In this document: positions 26,943 to 36,030 of the stretch, piece after piece
Layout: each line of letters opens with the position of its first letter
Position numbering within the stretch: the first letter of the stretch is position 1
Source of the DNA: Myxococcota bacterium
GTDB lineage: Bacteria; Myxococcota_A; UBA796; CAJQPC01
Assembly: GCA_036229005.1 (NCBI GenBank)
Contig: JAZAMN010000055.1
Location: 1 to 49,516 of the forward strand
Direction of reading: 5' to 3'
DNA: 49,516 bases
Made by a program: the position numbers and the translations under genes
Notes under the pieces: generated by a model
What the model saw: only the letters and a program-made list of their open reading frames with translations
Database searches by the model: none
Told to the model about the DNA's origin: nothing

Positions 26943-28280
26943 TCAATCCACCGGCTCCAGCGCCGCCGAGAAGTGCCGCAGGAAGTCCGGCGCCTCCACG
27001 ATCCGCATCGGCCGGATCTCCGCCGCCTGGGCCACGACCTTGGCCGCGACCTCGACCACGTAGTGGATGTGCGCCTCGGTGTAGACTCGCCGCGGCATCG
27101 CCAGGCGCAGCAGCTCCCGGGGCGCGCCGTCGAACATCAGGCTGCCGATCTCCACGCCGCGCACGCCGCCCTCCAGATACAGCGCGTTGCCCAGGGCCAC
27201 CCCGGGCAGCTCGGCGGGCTTGAGGTGGGAGAGCAGCGCCCCCGCGTCCAGGTACACCGCGTGCCCACCCGGGGGCGTCACCACGGGCACCCCCGCCCCC
27301 TGCAGGGCGTTCGCGAAGTGCTCTACCGAGCGCGCCCGGTAGCGCAGGTAGTTCTCGTCCAGAGCCTCCAGCAGGCCCACCGCCATCGCCGCCATGTCGC
27401 GGCCCGCCAGCCCGCCGTAGGTGGGGAAGCCCTCGCCCAGGATCAGCTGGTTGCGGAACATCGTCGCCAGCTCCGGGTCCCGGCAGGCCAGCAGCCCGCC
27501 GATGTTCACGATGGCGTCCTTCTTCGCGCTCATGGTGAGCCCGTCGCAGAGATCGAAGGCCGCCCGCGCGATCTGCTCGCAGCTGTGGTCCTTCCAGCCC
27601 TGCTCCCGCTCCCGCACGAACCACGCGTTCTCCGCAAAGCGCGCCGCGTCCATGAACATCGGCACCCCGGCCTCCCGACACAGCGCCGAGACCGCCTGCA
27701 GGTTGGCCATGCTCACCGGCTGCCCGCCCACCGCGTTGTTGGTCAGCGTCATCAGCACCAGCTTGACCTCGCGGGTGGAGAGGATCTCCTTGAGGCGTGG
27801 CAGGTCCATGTCCCCCTTGAAGGGGTGGTCCCCCGACTGGTCCACGGGCAGATCCATCGCCTCCGCCCCCGCCTGCTCCACGTTCGCGCGCGTGGTGTCG
27901 AAGTGCGTGTTCGAGACCACCAGCCCGCCGTCCCGGAGCATGGTGCGCGCCAGGATGCGCTCGGCCGCCCGACCTTGATGCACGGGCAGGACCTCGGGCA
28001 TGCCGGAGATGCGCTTGACCACCGCGTCCAGCTCGTAGAAGGAGCGCGAGCCCGCGTAGGACTCGTCGCCGCGCATGATGGCCTCCCACTGCGCCGCCGA
28101 CATGGCCCCCGTGCCGCTGTCCGTCAGCATGTCTATGGTGACCACGCTCGCGGGCAGCTTGAACAGGTTGTACCGGGCCTCGCGCAGGGCGGCCTCGCGC
28201 TCTGGGCGGTTCAGCAGGGGGATGGCCTCCACGCTCTTGATGCGGAAGGGCTCGATGATGGTCTTCCAGGGCCAGGACAT
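26943..28280 (-). CDS. tnaA: Tryptophanase (beta-eliminating PLP lyase)
   Basis: IIEPFRIKSVE, IDMLTDSGT, GDESYAGS, HQGRAAE, HFDTTR, PLP-Lys motif MSAKKD (tyrosine phenol-lyases typically have MSGKKD), GFPTYGG, LRHF. Confidence 0.85.
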   Translation of the reverse strand: MSWPWKTIIEPFRIKSVEAIPLLNRPEREAALREARYNLFKLPASVVTIDMLTDSGTGAMSAAQWEAIMRGDESYAGSRSFYELDAVVKRISGMPEVLPVHQGRAAERILARTMLRDGGLVVSNTHFDTTRANVEQAGAEAMDLPVDQSGDHPFKGDMDLPRLKEILSTREVKLVLMTLTNNAVGGQPVSMANLQAVSALCREAGVPMFMDAARFAENAWFVREREQGWKDHSCEQIARAAFDLCDGLTMSAKKDAIVNIGGLLACRDPELATMFRNQLILGEGFPTYGGLAGRDMAAMAVGLLEALDENYLRYRARSVEHFANALQGAGVPVVTPPGGHAVYLDAGALLSHLKPAELPGVALGNALYLEGGVRGVEIGSLMFDGAPRELLRLAMPRRVYTEAHIHYVVEVAAKVVAQAAEIRPMRIVEAPDFLRHFSAALEPVD

Positions 28281-28495
28281 GCGCACACTCCAGTGCGCTC
28301 GCCGTGTGCACAGCCCGTGCCGGGTCGCTCTCTTTGGGAGGAGGTGGCTCTGGGGTGCTCGGGGTTGGGTCATCTCACCCGATCCACCTGTGTGGGATCA
28401 CGCCACTTGTGCACATCCCCGCCCGCCAGCGAGGACAGGCTGGGCCCGACCCGCCCGGCACGACTCTTGCTCCTGTTGCGCCCAAGGAGCCGCCC

Positions 28496-29089
28496 ATGTC
28501 CTCTGTCCCCGAGCACATCGACCACGTCCTGGCCACCTTCCACGAGAAGGAGTGGCGGCTGCTGGCGGAGCTCGACGCCGCGCTCGCGGGCAACCCCGAC
28601 AAGCGCCTGACCGCGCCCTGGCGGCACCTGCACGACACCCTGGCCGCGCACATGACCAAGGAAGAGCAGATCCTCTTCCCGGCCATGCGCGCCAAGGCCG
28701 CGGGCAAGGTGGGCATGGACTTCCGCGTGCCGCTGCAGGTGATGGCCCACGAGCACGAGATCCTGGGCACCCTGGAGATCGCCATGCGGGCCGCCGCGCG
28801 CGATGCCGGCGAGCTGGAGGAGCCCCTGCTGGAGCTGCTCGACGACCTGGGCGCCCACGCGGCCTTCGAGGACGACACCCTCTTCCCGGCGGCGCTGGCG
28901 CTCTACGCCGCCGAGCCCGCCGAGGCCTCCCCAGAGGCTCCTCAGGCAGCCCCCAACCGAGCTGAGCCTAGCCCGGCGCCCCAGCGGCCTGAGCCAAAAC
29001 GGGCCGCACCCAAGCACGGGCCGATCGCGGGCCTGCGGGCGCGAGCGCAGGGGGTGAAGTCCAGGATCAAGGGGCTGCTGCACCTATGA
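28496..29089 (+). CDS. Hemerythrin-like di-iron protein (Ric/YtfE C-terminal-like) with Pro/Ala tail
   Basis: HIDHVLATFH, HMTKEEQILFP, PLQVMAHEH, HAAFEDDTLFP; AAGGAG RBS. Confidence 0.8.
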   Translation: MSSVPEHIDHVLATFHEKEWRLLAELDAALAGNPDKRLTAPWRHLHDTLAAHMTKEEQILFPAMRAKAAGKVGMDFRVPLQVMAHEHEILGTLEIAMRAAARDAGELEEPLLELLDDLGAHAAFEDDTLFPAALALYAAEPAEASPEAPQAAPNRAEPSPAPQRPEPKRAAPKHGPIAGLRARAQGVKSRIKGLLHL

Positions 29090-29125
29090 GCGCCCAGCCT
29101 GACCTCGCCTGCGCCGGGATCTGCG

Positions 29126-29779
29126 CTAGCTGTTGAGCGCCTCATAGGCCAGGTGGTAGGGGCGGGAGCGGAAGACCAGGTGGATCTTCTTGTCGTCGTC
29201 GTCGTCGGGCTTGAGGTCGATGCCGTCCTTGTGCTCGGGGCACATGGGGACCTTGAGCTTGTAGGTGGTGATCTTGCCGCCGACGCCCATCATCACGCCG
29301 ATGCCGGCGTCTTGGACCTCCAGCTCCTCGAGCTCCGCGTGGCCGGCGCAGACGGGGCAGGACAGGTGGTCGTCGTCGGTGCGGGGCCAGCGCATGCCCT
29401 CGCCCTTGAAGGGGGTGGTGAAGGTGGCGATCTCGGCCACGTAGTCGTCCGGGACCAGGCCCATGGTGTCGGTGCCGTGGGACCAGGCGCCGCACTCGGA
29501 GCAGTGCTCGATGCGGTGGTCCTTGGGGTTGACGAACTCCAGGGTGTGGCCGCAGGAGGGGCAGGGGGCCTGGGCGAAGCCGCCGCCCTTGAGCTGGCCG
29601 ACCAGCCCGCCGCCAAAGCCGACGATGGCCACGCCGATCCAGAACATGCCCAAAAAGTCCCAGTCCTTGACCCAGCCAAAGGCGAAGAGGGCGATGAAGA
29701 CGAGCACCAGCACGCTCAAGACCGCCTTGGCCTTGTTGTTCGCGCTGGTGTCCATGGTCACTTGGGTCGTCGAAGACAT
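29126..29779 (-). CDS. Two-TM membrane protein with zinc-ribbon motifs
   Basis: Two hydrophobic helices; CPSC...CSEC and CPVC...CPEH; AGGAG RBS. Confidence 0.75.
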   Translation of the reverse strand: MSSTTQVTMDTSANNKAKAVLSVLVLVFIALFAFGWVKDWDFLGMFWIGVAIVGFGGGLVGQLKGGGFAQAPCPSCGHTLEFVNPKDHRIEHCSECGAWSHGTDTMGLVPDDYVAEIATFTTPFKGEGMRWPRTDDDHLSCPVCAGHAELEELEVQDAGIGVMMGVGGKITTYKLKVPMCPEHKDGIDLKPDDDDDKKIHLVFRSRPYHLAYEALNS

Positions 29780-29907
29780 TCGGGGGAGCTCCTGTGGGGC
29801 AGTGAATGTAGTTCACCCCGAGTGGCTATGTGCGAGTTTGTAGGAGATCTCCATGAGACTTGCCGCAGCTCGACGATAGAGAATAGGGAGCGCGAGAGGA
29901 GGGGGGC

Positions 29908-30306
29908 ATGGCCAACCTGATCGACTGGCTGATGGGCCTGGGCCGAAAGGGCGCGGTGCTCAGCTTCGGGATCGCCCTGGCTGCGCTGCTTGGGCACCTG
30001 GTCCTGTGGCGCATGGGGATCGTGGTGTTCGTCATCCCGGGGATCGCCCTGCTCTTTGGGCTGATGGGGCTGGGCATCTGGCTCAAGGGCGACAGTCTCA
30101 AGGTGACCCGGATGCCAGACCGAGCGCAGGTCACCCAGGCGCACCGCGACCAGGTGCAGAACGCCCAGGTCCCCTTCCACTATTGCACGCACTGCCTGCT
30201 GTTCTCAGACATCCCCATGTGTACCCACTGCGACCGCACGCTGGACACCATCAGCGTGCACGCGGAGCGGGACCGCAAGCTGTTGCTGGCGGAGCTGGAT
30301 CGCTGA
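29908..30306 (+). CDS. Two-TM membrane protein with C-terminal zinc ribbon
   Basis: Two hydrophobic helices; CTHC-x8-CTHC; GAGGAG RBS. Confidence 0.7.
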   Translation: MANLIDWLMGLGRKGAVLSFGIALAALLGHLVLWRMGIVVFVIPGIALLFGLMGLGIWLKGDSLKVTRMPDRAQVTQAHRDQVQNAQVPFHYCTHCLLFSDIPMCTHCDRTLDTISVHAERDRKLLLAELDR

Positions 30307-30321
30307 GAGCGTCCGGACCGC

Positions 30322-31128
30322 TCAGAGCCAGCTCCACCGCATCGTGAAGTTGGCGCTGCCGCTGCCCATGGCGCCGGTCTCGTTGCAGTTCTCCTGGCCG
30401 CTTGCGTAGTAGCTGTCCACGACCAGCTTGAGCTGGCGGCCGTCGTCCAGGCGCACCACGAAGGGCACGGCCGTGGTGGCCACGCAGCCGGGGTAGGACC
30501 ACCAGGAGCTCAGGGCGAGCTGGGGGCTGCCCTCCAGGCCGGAGCTGTCGTTGATCAGCGTGCAGTCCGACGTGAAGAAGTCGTCCACCAGGAACTCGGC
30601 GTCGGCGTCCAGGGCCGTGGTGTCCTCGTAGGCGGTCTCCAGCAGAGGGATCGCCCCGACGCAGGAGGGGCCGGAGCTGCCTCCGTTCAGGCGGAGCAGG
30701 TAGCGCTTGGCGGCCAGGTGCCAGTCCATGCTCTCCAGGGCCTCTTCGTCCCCGAGCTCCACCTTGACGGCGCCGTCGTCTTCAAAGCGCACGTACACCC
30801 AGGGGGCGCTCGGGGCCTGGGAGATGCCCCCGCCGGTGGCGTCGATCTGGAGGGTGAACTCGCCGCCTGAAGCGGTGGAGACGACCTCGCCGGCGCTGAC
30901 CTCCTCGCCGTCCTGGAGGCCCAGGTTCAGGATGAGTTCGTCCAGGCACTCGACCTCGACCGGGTCTTCGCAGACGGCCTCGACCGTTGGGCTGGTGTCC
31001 TGGGTGTCCTGGGGCTCGCTGCCCTTGTCGCAGGCGGCGAGCAGGGGCAGGCCCAGCAGCAGGATGCGGGACAGAGCCCGGGTGTCCAGAGGGCGCGCGG
31101 CCCTCTGCTCGACGCAGAGCAGGCACAT
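30322..31128 (-). CDS. hmuY: HmuY-family lipoprotein (Cys-rich variant)
   Basis: IDATGGG, WVYVRF, WHLAAKRY...NGGSSG, KLVVDSYY, FTMRW; LAAC lipobox; last gene of the heme operon. Confidence 0.75.
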   Translation of the reverse strand: MCLLCVEQRAARPLDTRALSRILLLGLPLLAACDKGSEPQDTQDTSPTVEAVCEDPVEVECLDELILNLGLQDGEEVSAGEVVSTASGGEFTLQIDATGGGISQAPSAPWVYVRFEDDGAVKVELGDEEALESMDWHLAAKRYLLRLNGGSSGPSCVGAIPLLETAYEDTTALDADAEFLVDDFFTSDCTLINDSSGLEGSPQLALSSWWSYPGCVATTAVPFVVRLDDGRQLKLVVDSYYASGQENCNETGAMGSGSANFTMRWSWL

Positions 31129-31150
31129 GGTGTGCTCCTTTCTCAGGGGG

Positions 31151-31366
31151 TCAGTTCAGGGGACCCTTGACTGGGCGCAGGCCCCGGTAGGAGCGGGCCT
31201 CGGCCAGCTCCTGGACGGCCAGGTTGGACATGCCGTGTGCCAGCACCTCCAGCAGCTCCTGGGCCACGCGCCGGTTCATGGTCACCTGCACCGGGCCGAT
31301 CTGGAGCTGGAGGGTGCCGCACTCGCAGCGCTCCAGGCGGGTGTGTTCAGCGTTCGCGAGGGTCAT
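31151..31366 (-). CDS. Small cytoplasmic CxC protein (71 aa)
   Basis: ATGA overlap with the hmuS stop, GGAGG RBS; RCECGTLQLQIGPVQVTM followed by a helix. Confidence 0.75.
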   Translation of the reverse strand: MTLANAEHTRLERCECGTLQLQIGPVQVTMNRRVAQELLEVLAHGMSNLAVQELAEARSYRGLRPVKGPLN

Positions 31367-32382
31367 TGGTCCTCCCAGGGGGCGGGGATGAAGCGGTCGA
31401 GCAGGGTGCGCCAGGCGGGGAGCTCGACGCGACCCTCCTTGCGCTCGCCAAAGAAGAGCGCGACGTTCTGGCCGGCGCTGTCGTAGAGCTCCAGGGAGTT
31501 CACGTCGCCGTCGGTGGTGGGCTTGCGCACGCGCCAGACGGTGGCGACCTTGGACTGGTCCAGGTGCAGGTTGAAGCTGGGATCCAGCACGTTTGCCCAG
31601 GTGCCCATGGCCTTGGTCTTGTGGATGGGGCCGGTGTGGATCTGGATGTTCCCGGGGTTGCCCACAAAGCACATGATGCTCAGGCCGTCGGCGGCGGCGG
31701 CCTCCAGGAAGGCCATCAGGTCGACCTGCGCGGACACGGCAAAGTCGGGGCACAGGCGCAGCGCCTGCTCGCGGCCCACCTGGAACTTGCGGATCAGGCC
31801 AAAGAACTGGTGGGTGTCGGTGAGCGCGCCCCAGGCGGCGTTCAGGCCCTCCACGTCGATCTCGGCGTCGGGGCGGTCCACGGCGGGGGCGGGGCGGGGG
31901 CTGGGCGCGGGGGCGTCCTGCTCGGGCTCGGCGAACTCGGCGATCAAGGCCTGGTAGGGGGCGAGATCGGCGTCCTTTGCGTACACCTTCATCACGGCGT
32001 CGCCGTGGGCGTCAAAGAACTGGATGGAGTGCAGGGTGCGCCCGCGGGCCTCCTTGGTCTGGGCGAAGGCCCACTTCCACTTGCCCAGGAACATGCGCTG
32101 GTCGATCTCCCCCAGCACCAGCGAGGCGTGGGGGCCCACGCGCACCTTGGCCCAGGTGCCGGTCTTCTCGTGGACCACGGCGTGGTTGCGGGTGAGCACC
32201 ATGGTCTTGCCCAGGGTGGGCATCCGGCGCAGGATCTCGCCGAAGTCGGCCCGCAGGGGCGTGACCTGGGGCTGCAGTGCCAGCAGCTCGACTTCGCTGC
32301 AGCCCAAGGTGTCGGCGGCGTCGCGAATGCGGATGCTGGGGTTGTCTTGACGGAGGGTGTCGTAGCGGGCGCTCAGGGTCAT
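31363..32382 (-). CDS. hmuS: Heme chaperone/degrading factor HemS/HmuS (two ChuX-like domains)
   Basis: RIRDAA..LGCSEVELL, LTRN..VHEKTG, SIQFFD..GDA..K, DTHQFF, IMCFVGNPGNIQIHTG, NVLDPSFNLHL, FFGERKEG. Confidence 0.93.
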   Translation of the reverse strand: MTLSARYDTLRQDNPSIRIRDAADTLGCSEVELLALQPQVTPLRADFGEILRRMPTLGKTMVLTRNHAVVHEKTGTWAKVRVGPHASLVLGEIDQRMFLGKWKWAFAQTKEARGRTLHSIQFFDAHGDAVMKVYAKDADLAPYQALIAEFAEPEQDAPAPSPRPAPAVDRPDAEIDVEGLNAAWGALTDTHQFFGLIRKFQVGREQALRLCPDFAVSAQVDLMAFLEAAAADGLSIMCFVGNPGNIQIHTGPIHKTKAMGTWANVLDPSFNLHLDQSKVATVWRVRKPTTDGDVNSLELYDSAGQNVALFFGERKEGRVELPAWRTLLDRFIPAPWEDQ

Positions 32383-32386
32383 GTTC

Positions 32387-33181
32387 TCAGTCTCCAGGGA
32401 ATAGAACGGGCCGCCCCCCCAGCTCGTGGCGCGCCAGGGTCAGTCCGTAGATGGGACCCAGGATCGCGGGCTGGAGGAGCGCATCAGGCGGGGTTGGCGG
32501 TGCGACCGCGCGGCCTCGGTGCATCAGCAGCACCCGGTCCGCGTAGCGGGCCGCCAGGTTCAGGTCATGCAGCACCACGATCACCACCAGCCCATCGTGG
32601 GCCAGGCGGGCTGCGAGCTCCAGGGTCTGGTGCTGGGCGCCCAGATCCAGGGCGCTCGTGGGCTCATCCAGCAGCAACACCGGGGGGCTGCCGGGGGGCG
32701 GGTCGGAGAGCTGCGCCAGGGCGCGCGCCAGGTGGATGCGCTGGTGCTCGCCGCCGCTGAGGGTCTCCACGCGCCGGTGGGCGAAGGCGCTCATGCCGAC
32801 CTGGGCCAGCGCCTGTTGGGCTGCGCGCCGGTCTTCCGGGGTGGGGGCCCCGCCGCTCTGGTGGGGGAGGCGGCCGAGCTGGACGATGTCCAAGACGCTG
32901 AACCCCACCGCCCGGGGCAGGGTCTGGGGCAGCACCGCCCGCCGACGGGCCAGCGCCAGCGAGGACAGGCTGTTCAGCTCCGCATCCCCGATCCAGACCT
33001 GCCCGGCGTCCGGCCGCCGCTCCCCCGAGAGCAGGGAGAGCAGGGAGCTCTTGCCGGCGCCGTTGGGGCCGATCACCGCGAGCACCTCGCCGGCGGACGC
33101 GGTCAGAGAGACGTGGTCGACCACCGACTGGCCCCCGAGGGTGAGGGAGAGCTTGTCGGCGCGCAGTGCAGCTCTCCTCAC
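32387..33181 (-). CDS. hmuV: Heme ABC transporter ATP-binding protein
   Basis: GPNGAGKS, LSGGEHQRIHLARALAQL, LLDEPTSALD, VLHDLNLAARYAD; GTGA overlap with hmuU. Confidence 0.92.
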   Translation of the reverse strand: MRRAALRADKLSLTLGGQSVVDHVSLTASAGEVLAVIGPNGAGKSSLLSLLSGERRPDAGQVWIGDAELNSLSSLALARRRAVLPQTLPRAVGFSVLDIVQLGRLPHQSGGAPTPEDRRAAQQALAQVGMSAFAHRRVETLSGGEHQRIHLARALAQLSDPPPGSPPVLLLDEPTSALDLGAQHQTLELAARLAHDGLVVIVVLHDLNLAARYADRVLLMHRGRAVAPPTPPDALLQPAILGPIYGLTLARHELGGRPVLFPGD

Positions 33182-34206
33182 CACTGGGACTCCTTGCGGC
33201 GCAGCAGCCAGATGAAGAAGGGCACGCCCAGGGTGGTGGTGAGGATCCCGATGGGGATCTCGGTGGGGGCCGCCAGGGTGCGGGCGGCGGTGTCTGCGGC
33301 GAGCAGCAGCAGGCTGCCCAGGGCCAGGGTGGCGGGCAGCAGCCGCGCGTGGGCGGGGCCCAGGACCATGCGCACCAGGTGGGGCACGGCCAGGCCGACG
33401 AAGCCGATCATGCCGCTGGCGGCCACGGAGCTGCCCACGGCGAGGGAGGCGCCGACGAGCACGAGCAGGGTGAGGCGCTGGACGTTCAGGCCCAGGTGCT
33501 GGGCGATCTGCTGGCCCAGGGCGAAGGCGTCCAGGCCGCGGGCCTGCGAGAGCACCAGGCCCAGGCCCAGGGTGACCCCCAGGGCGACGGTGCCCACGGT
33601 GGACCAGCTCGCGCCGCCCAGGCTGCCCAGCACCCAGAAAGTGTAGGAGCGGAGCTGGGCGTCGTCGGCGAACAGGGTCGCGACGCCCACCAGCGCGCTG
33701 GCGGCGGAGGTCAGGGCGACGCCGGCCAGCAGCACGCGGGCGGTGTCGGTGCGGCCCCGGACGCGCCCAAGCTGGAGGACCAGCGTGCTGGAGATCAGGG
33801 CGCCGAGGAAGGCCGCGATGGGCACCCGGGCGACCCCGTGGGGCCCCCAGGGCATGACGATGGCCAGGGCGGCTCCAGCGGAGGCCCCGGCGGAGACGCC
33901 GAGCAAGGTGGGCGAGGCGAGCGGGTTCCGGAACAAACCCTGGAAACCGGCGCCTGAACCCGCCAGCCCCGCCCCAACGAGCACGGCGAGGCAGATCCGG
34001 GGGAGGCGGATCTGCCACAGGACCTGCGCCGACACGGGCAGCGGGTCCTGGCCTGATGTGAGCGCTCCAACCGCCTCCCACAAGCCAGCGCTTGTCATGG
34101 AGAAAGCACCTTGCGTCGCTGAGAACACGGCGAGAAGCAGGGTGGCCCCGACCAGCAGGGGCGTAGCGACGCGCTGGATCGGGGAGACGGGGAGCGAAGC
34201 GTTCAT
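33178..34206 (-). CDS. hmuU: Heme ABC transporter permease (FecCD family)
   Basis: IRLPR, QGLFRNPLA.P.LLGVSAGA, FWVLGSL, GMIGFVGLAVPHLVR, EIPIG. Confidence 0.92.
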   Translation of the reverse strand: MNASLPVSPIQRVATPLLVGATLLLAVFSATQGAFSMTSAGLWEAVGALTSGQDPLPVSAQVLWQIRLPRICLAVLVGAGLAGSGAGFQGLFRNPLASPTLLGVSAGASAGAALAIVMPWGPHGVARVPIAAFLGALISSTLVLQLGRVRGRTDTARVLLAGVALTSAASALVGVATLFADDAQLRSYTFWVLGSLGGASWSTVGTVALGVTLGLGLVLSQARGLDAFALGQQIAQHLGLNVQRLTLLVLVGASLAVGSSVAASGMIGFVGLAVPHLVRMVLGPAHARLLPATLALGSLLLLAADTAARTLAAPTEIPIGILTTTLGVPFFIWLLRRKESQW

Positions 34207-35054
34207 GCCAAGGCGTCCCGGAGGGCCTGGGCCAAAGCGGTGATGGCCTTCCCGGTGCGGGGCCCAAAGCCCAGCAGCAACAGGTCGTCCACGGCGGCGA
34301 CAGCGCCCTTCTGCCCAGCGGGCGTGAGGGCCAGCGCGGGGTTCTGCAGGGCAGCCTGCTTGCCGCCGGAGGCCTCGAGGCCGCGGGTGGTGAAGAGCAC
34401 CACGTCCGGGGCGGCGGCCACGGCGGCTTCGGGGGTCAGGGGCTTGTAGCCGGAGAAGCCCGCCGCCGCGTTGACGCCGCCTGCGAGGCGGATCATGGCG
34501 TCGGCCGAGGTGCCCTCGCCTGCGACGTTCATCACCCCGCCGGCTCTGGCGTAGATGAAGAGCACCCGCGGTGCACCTGACAATGCCGCAGACCGACCGG
34601 CCTCCACCTCCTCATCGAAGCGGGAGAGCAGCGGGGCGGCCTCGGCGTCCAGGGCGGTGGCGACGGTCTCGATCCGGGCGCGGGCCTCGGGGACGGAGTC
34701 GGCCTCCTCCAGGTAGACGATGGGCAGGCCGGTGGCCTCGAGCTGGGCCATGACCGGGGGCGGGCCGCTTCCCTCCAGCGCCAGGATCACCGTGGGCTGC
34801 AGAGAGAGCACGCCCTCGGCGGAGACGGCGCGGTAGTAGCCGACCTGGGGCAGCGCGGTGACCGACTCCGGGTACAGGGACGAGGCGTCCACGCCCACGA
34901 GCTGGGACTCCATGCCCAGGGCGGCCACGGTCTCGGTGATGGAGCCGCCCAGGCACAGGATGCGGGCGTTGTCATCGACCGTGACCTCGCGGCCCTTGGC
35001 GTCGGTGACGGTGCCCGCCAGCGCCAGGGAGGCCCAGAGCAGCAGGCTACTCAC
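34203..35054 (-). CDS. hmuT: Heme ABC transporter substrate-binding protein
   Basis: GGSITETVAALG, LVGVD.SSLYP, VGYYRAVSAEGVLSL (heme-ligand Tyr), GYKPL, LLGFGPR. Confidence 0.92.
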   Translation of the reverse strand: MSSLLLWASLALAGTVTDAKGREVTVDDNARILCLGGSITETVAALGMESQLVGVDASSLYPESVTALPQVGYYRAVSAEGVLSLQPTVILALEGSGPPPVMAQLEATGLPIVYLEEADSVPEARARIETVATALDAEAAPLLSRFDEEVEAGRSAALSGAPRVLFIYARAGGVMNVAGEGTSADAMIRLAGGVNAAAGFSGYKPLTPEAAVAAAPDVVLFTTRGLEASGGKQAALQNPALALTPAGQKGAVAAVDDLLLLGFGPRTGKAITALAQALRDALA

Positions 35055-36030
35055 CGAGCACCTCGGCCCAGCGGAAGGTGGGGTGACCGCTCACGCCGTC
35101 GGCGTCGTAGTAGCTGGTGAACTCCAGCTTGTAGACGCCGCCGTCGCCGCTCTGCAGCAGGTAGGTCTGCTCCTTGGCCGAGAGCTGGTGGGTGCTGGAG
35201 TCGTAGTCGTACCAGGCGCTCATGTCGGCGTCCCAGCTCAGATCGGCGGGCAGCGAGGCCAGGCCGTCGAAGGCCTCGTCGGTGATCGCCACCTGCACGT
35301 CGTTCAGGGTGACGTTGTAGCGGTCGAAGCTCAGGTTCCAGGCGTCGGGGTTGGCCGCGGTGGCCTCCGCGCCGCTGGCCAGTCGCAGGGTGACAGCGCC
35401 GTCGGAGGCGTCGACCTCGGTGGTGCGCACGCCAGAGGTGCTCTCGTGGCTGAGCTTGGACTCCGGCGCGGCGTCGGCGGCCTTGACCTGGAACTGGGGG
35501 TAGCCGGAGGCGCCGGTCTCGGGGTGGTAGTAGCCGGTCCACTGCAGCAGCCAGGTGCCGGAGTCCAGCTCGAGCGCGAAGCTGCCGGCCAGGGGGCTGA
35601 GCACGTGGGTGGTGCTGTCGTAGGCCCACCACGCGCCGGGGTCGGAGTCCCAGGGCAGGCCGGCGATGGGGGCGCTCAGGGCGTCGAAGGACTCGTCGGG
35701 CTGCCAGCCAGCCGCGCCGCCCTCCGGCAGGTTCATCGCGTAGCGCTGCAGGGCCACGTCCCAGGCGTCGGACTCGCTGACCTGGCCGGTGGCGAAGTCC
35801 ACGTAGATCCAGGCCTCGGCGTCCGTGCCGTCGACCACAAAGGAGATCACGCCGCCGTCCTCGCTGCGCTGGACCGTCTCGACGGGCTCTCCGGTGTCGC
35901 CGGTGTCCTCGGCGCCGGTGTCTTCGGACCCGGTGTCTTCGGAGCCGGTGTCGTCGTGGACGTGGCTGTCGTGGGTGTCGGTGGTCTCGCCGCTGTCGCA
36001 GGCCAGCAGCATCATCAGGGGCAGGGTCAT
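35047..36030 (-). CDS. hmuY: Tandem two-domain HmuY-family lipoprotein
   Basis: Two copies of WD/WN-L-x-F/L-x-RY ... W-x-x-YD-x3-H-x-L ... YY...G.SG.P.F; EDTG-repeat linker. Confidence 0.8.
   Translation of the reverse strand: MTLPLMMLLACDSGETTDTHDSHVHDDTGSEDTGSEDTGAEDTGDTGEPVETVQRSEDGGVISFVVDGTDAEAWIYVDFATGQVSESDAWDVALQRYAMNLPEGGAAGWQPDESFDALSAPIAGLPWDSDPGAWWAYDSTTHVLSPLAGSFALELDSGTWLLQWTGYYHPETGASGYPQFQVKAADAAPESKLSHESTSGVRTTEVDASDGAVTLRLASGAEATAANPDAWNLSFDRYNVTLNDVQVAITDEAFDGLASLPADLSWDADMSAWYDYDSSTHQLSAKEQTYLLQSGDGGVYKLEFTSYYDADGVSGHPTFRWAEVLGE

Noticed and set aside
28281..28495. tnaC-like leader peptide upstream of tnaA
   Set aside because: No short ORF with the TnaC W...D...P-stop pattern is visible.
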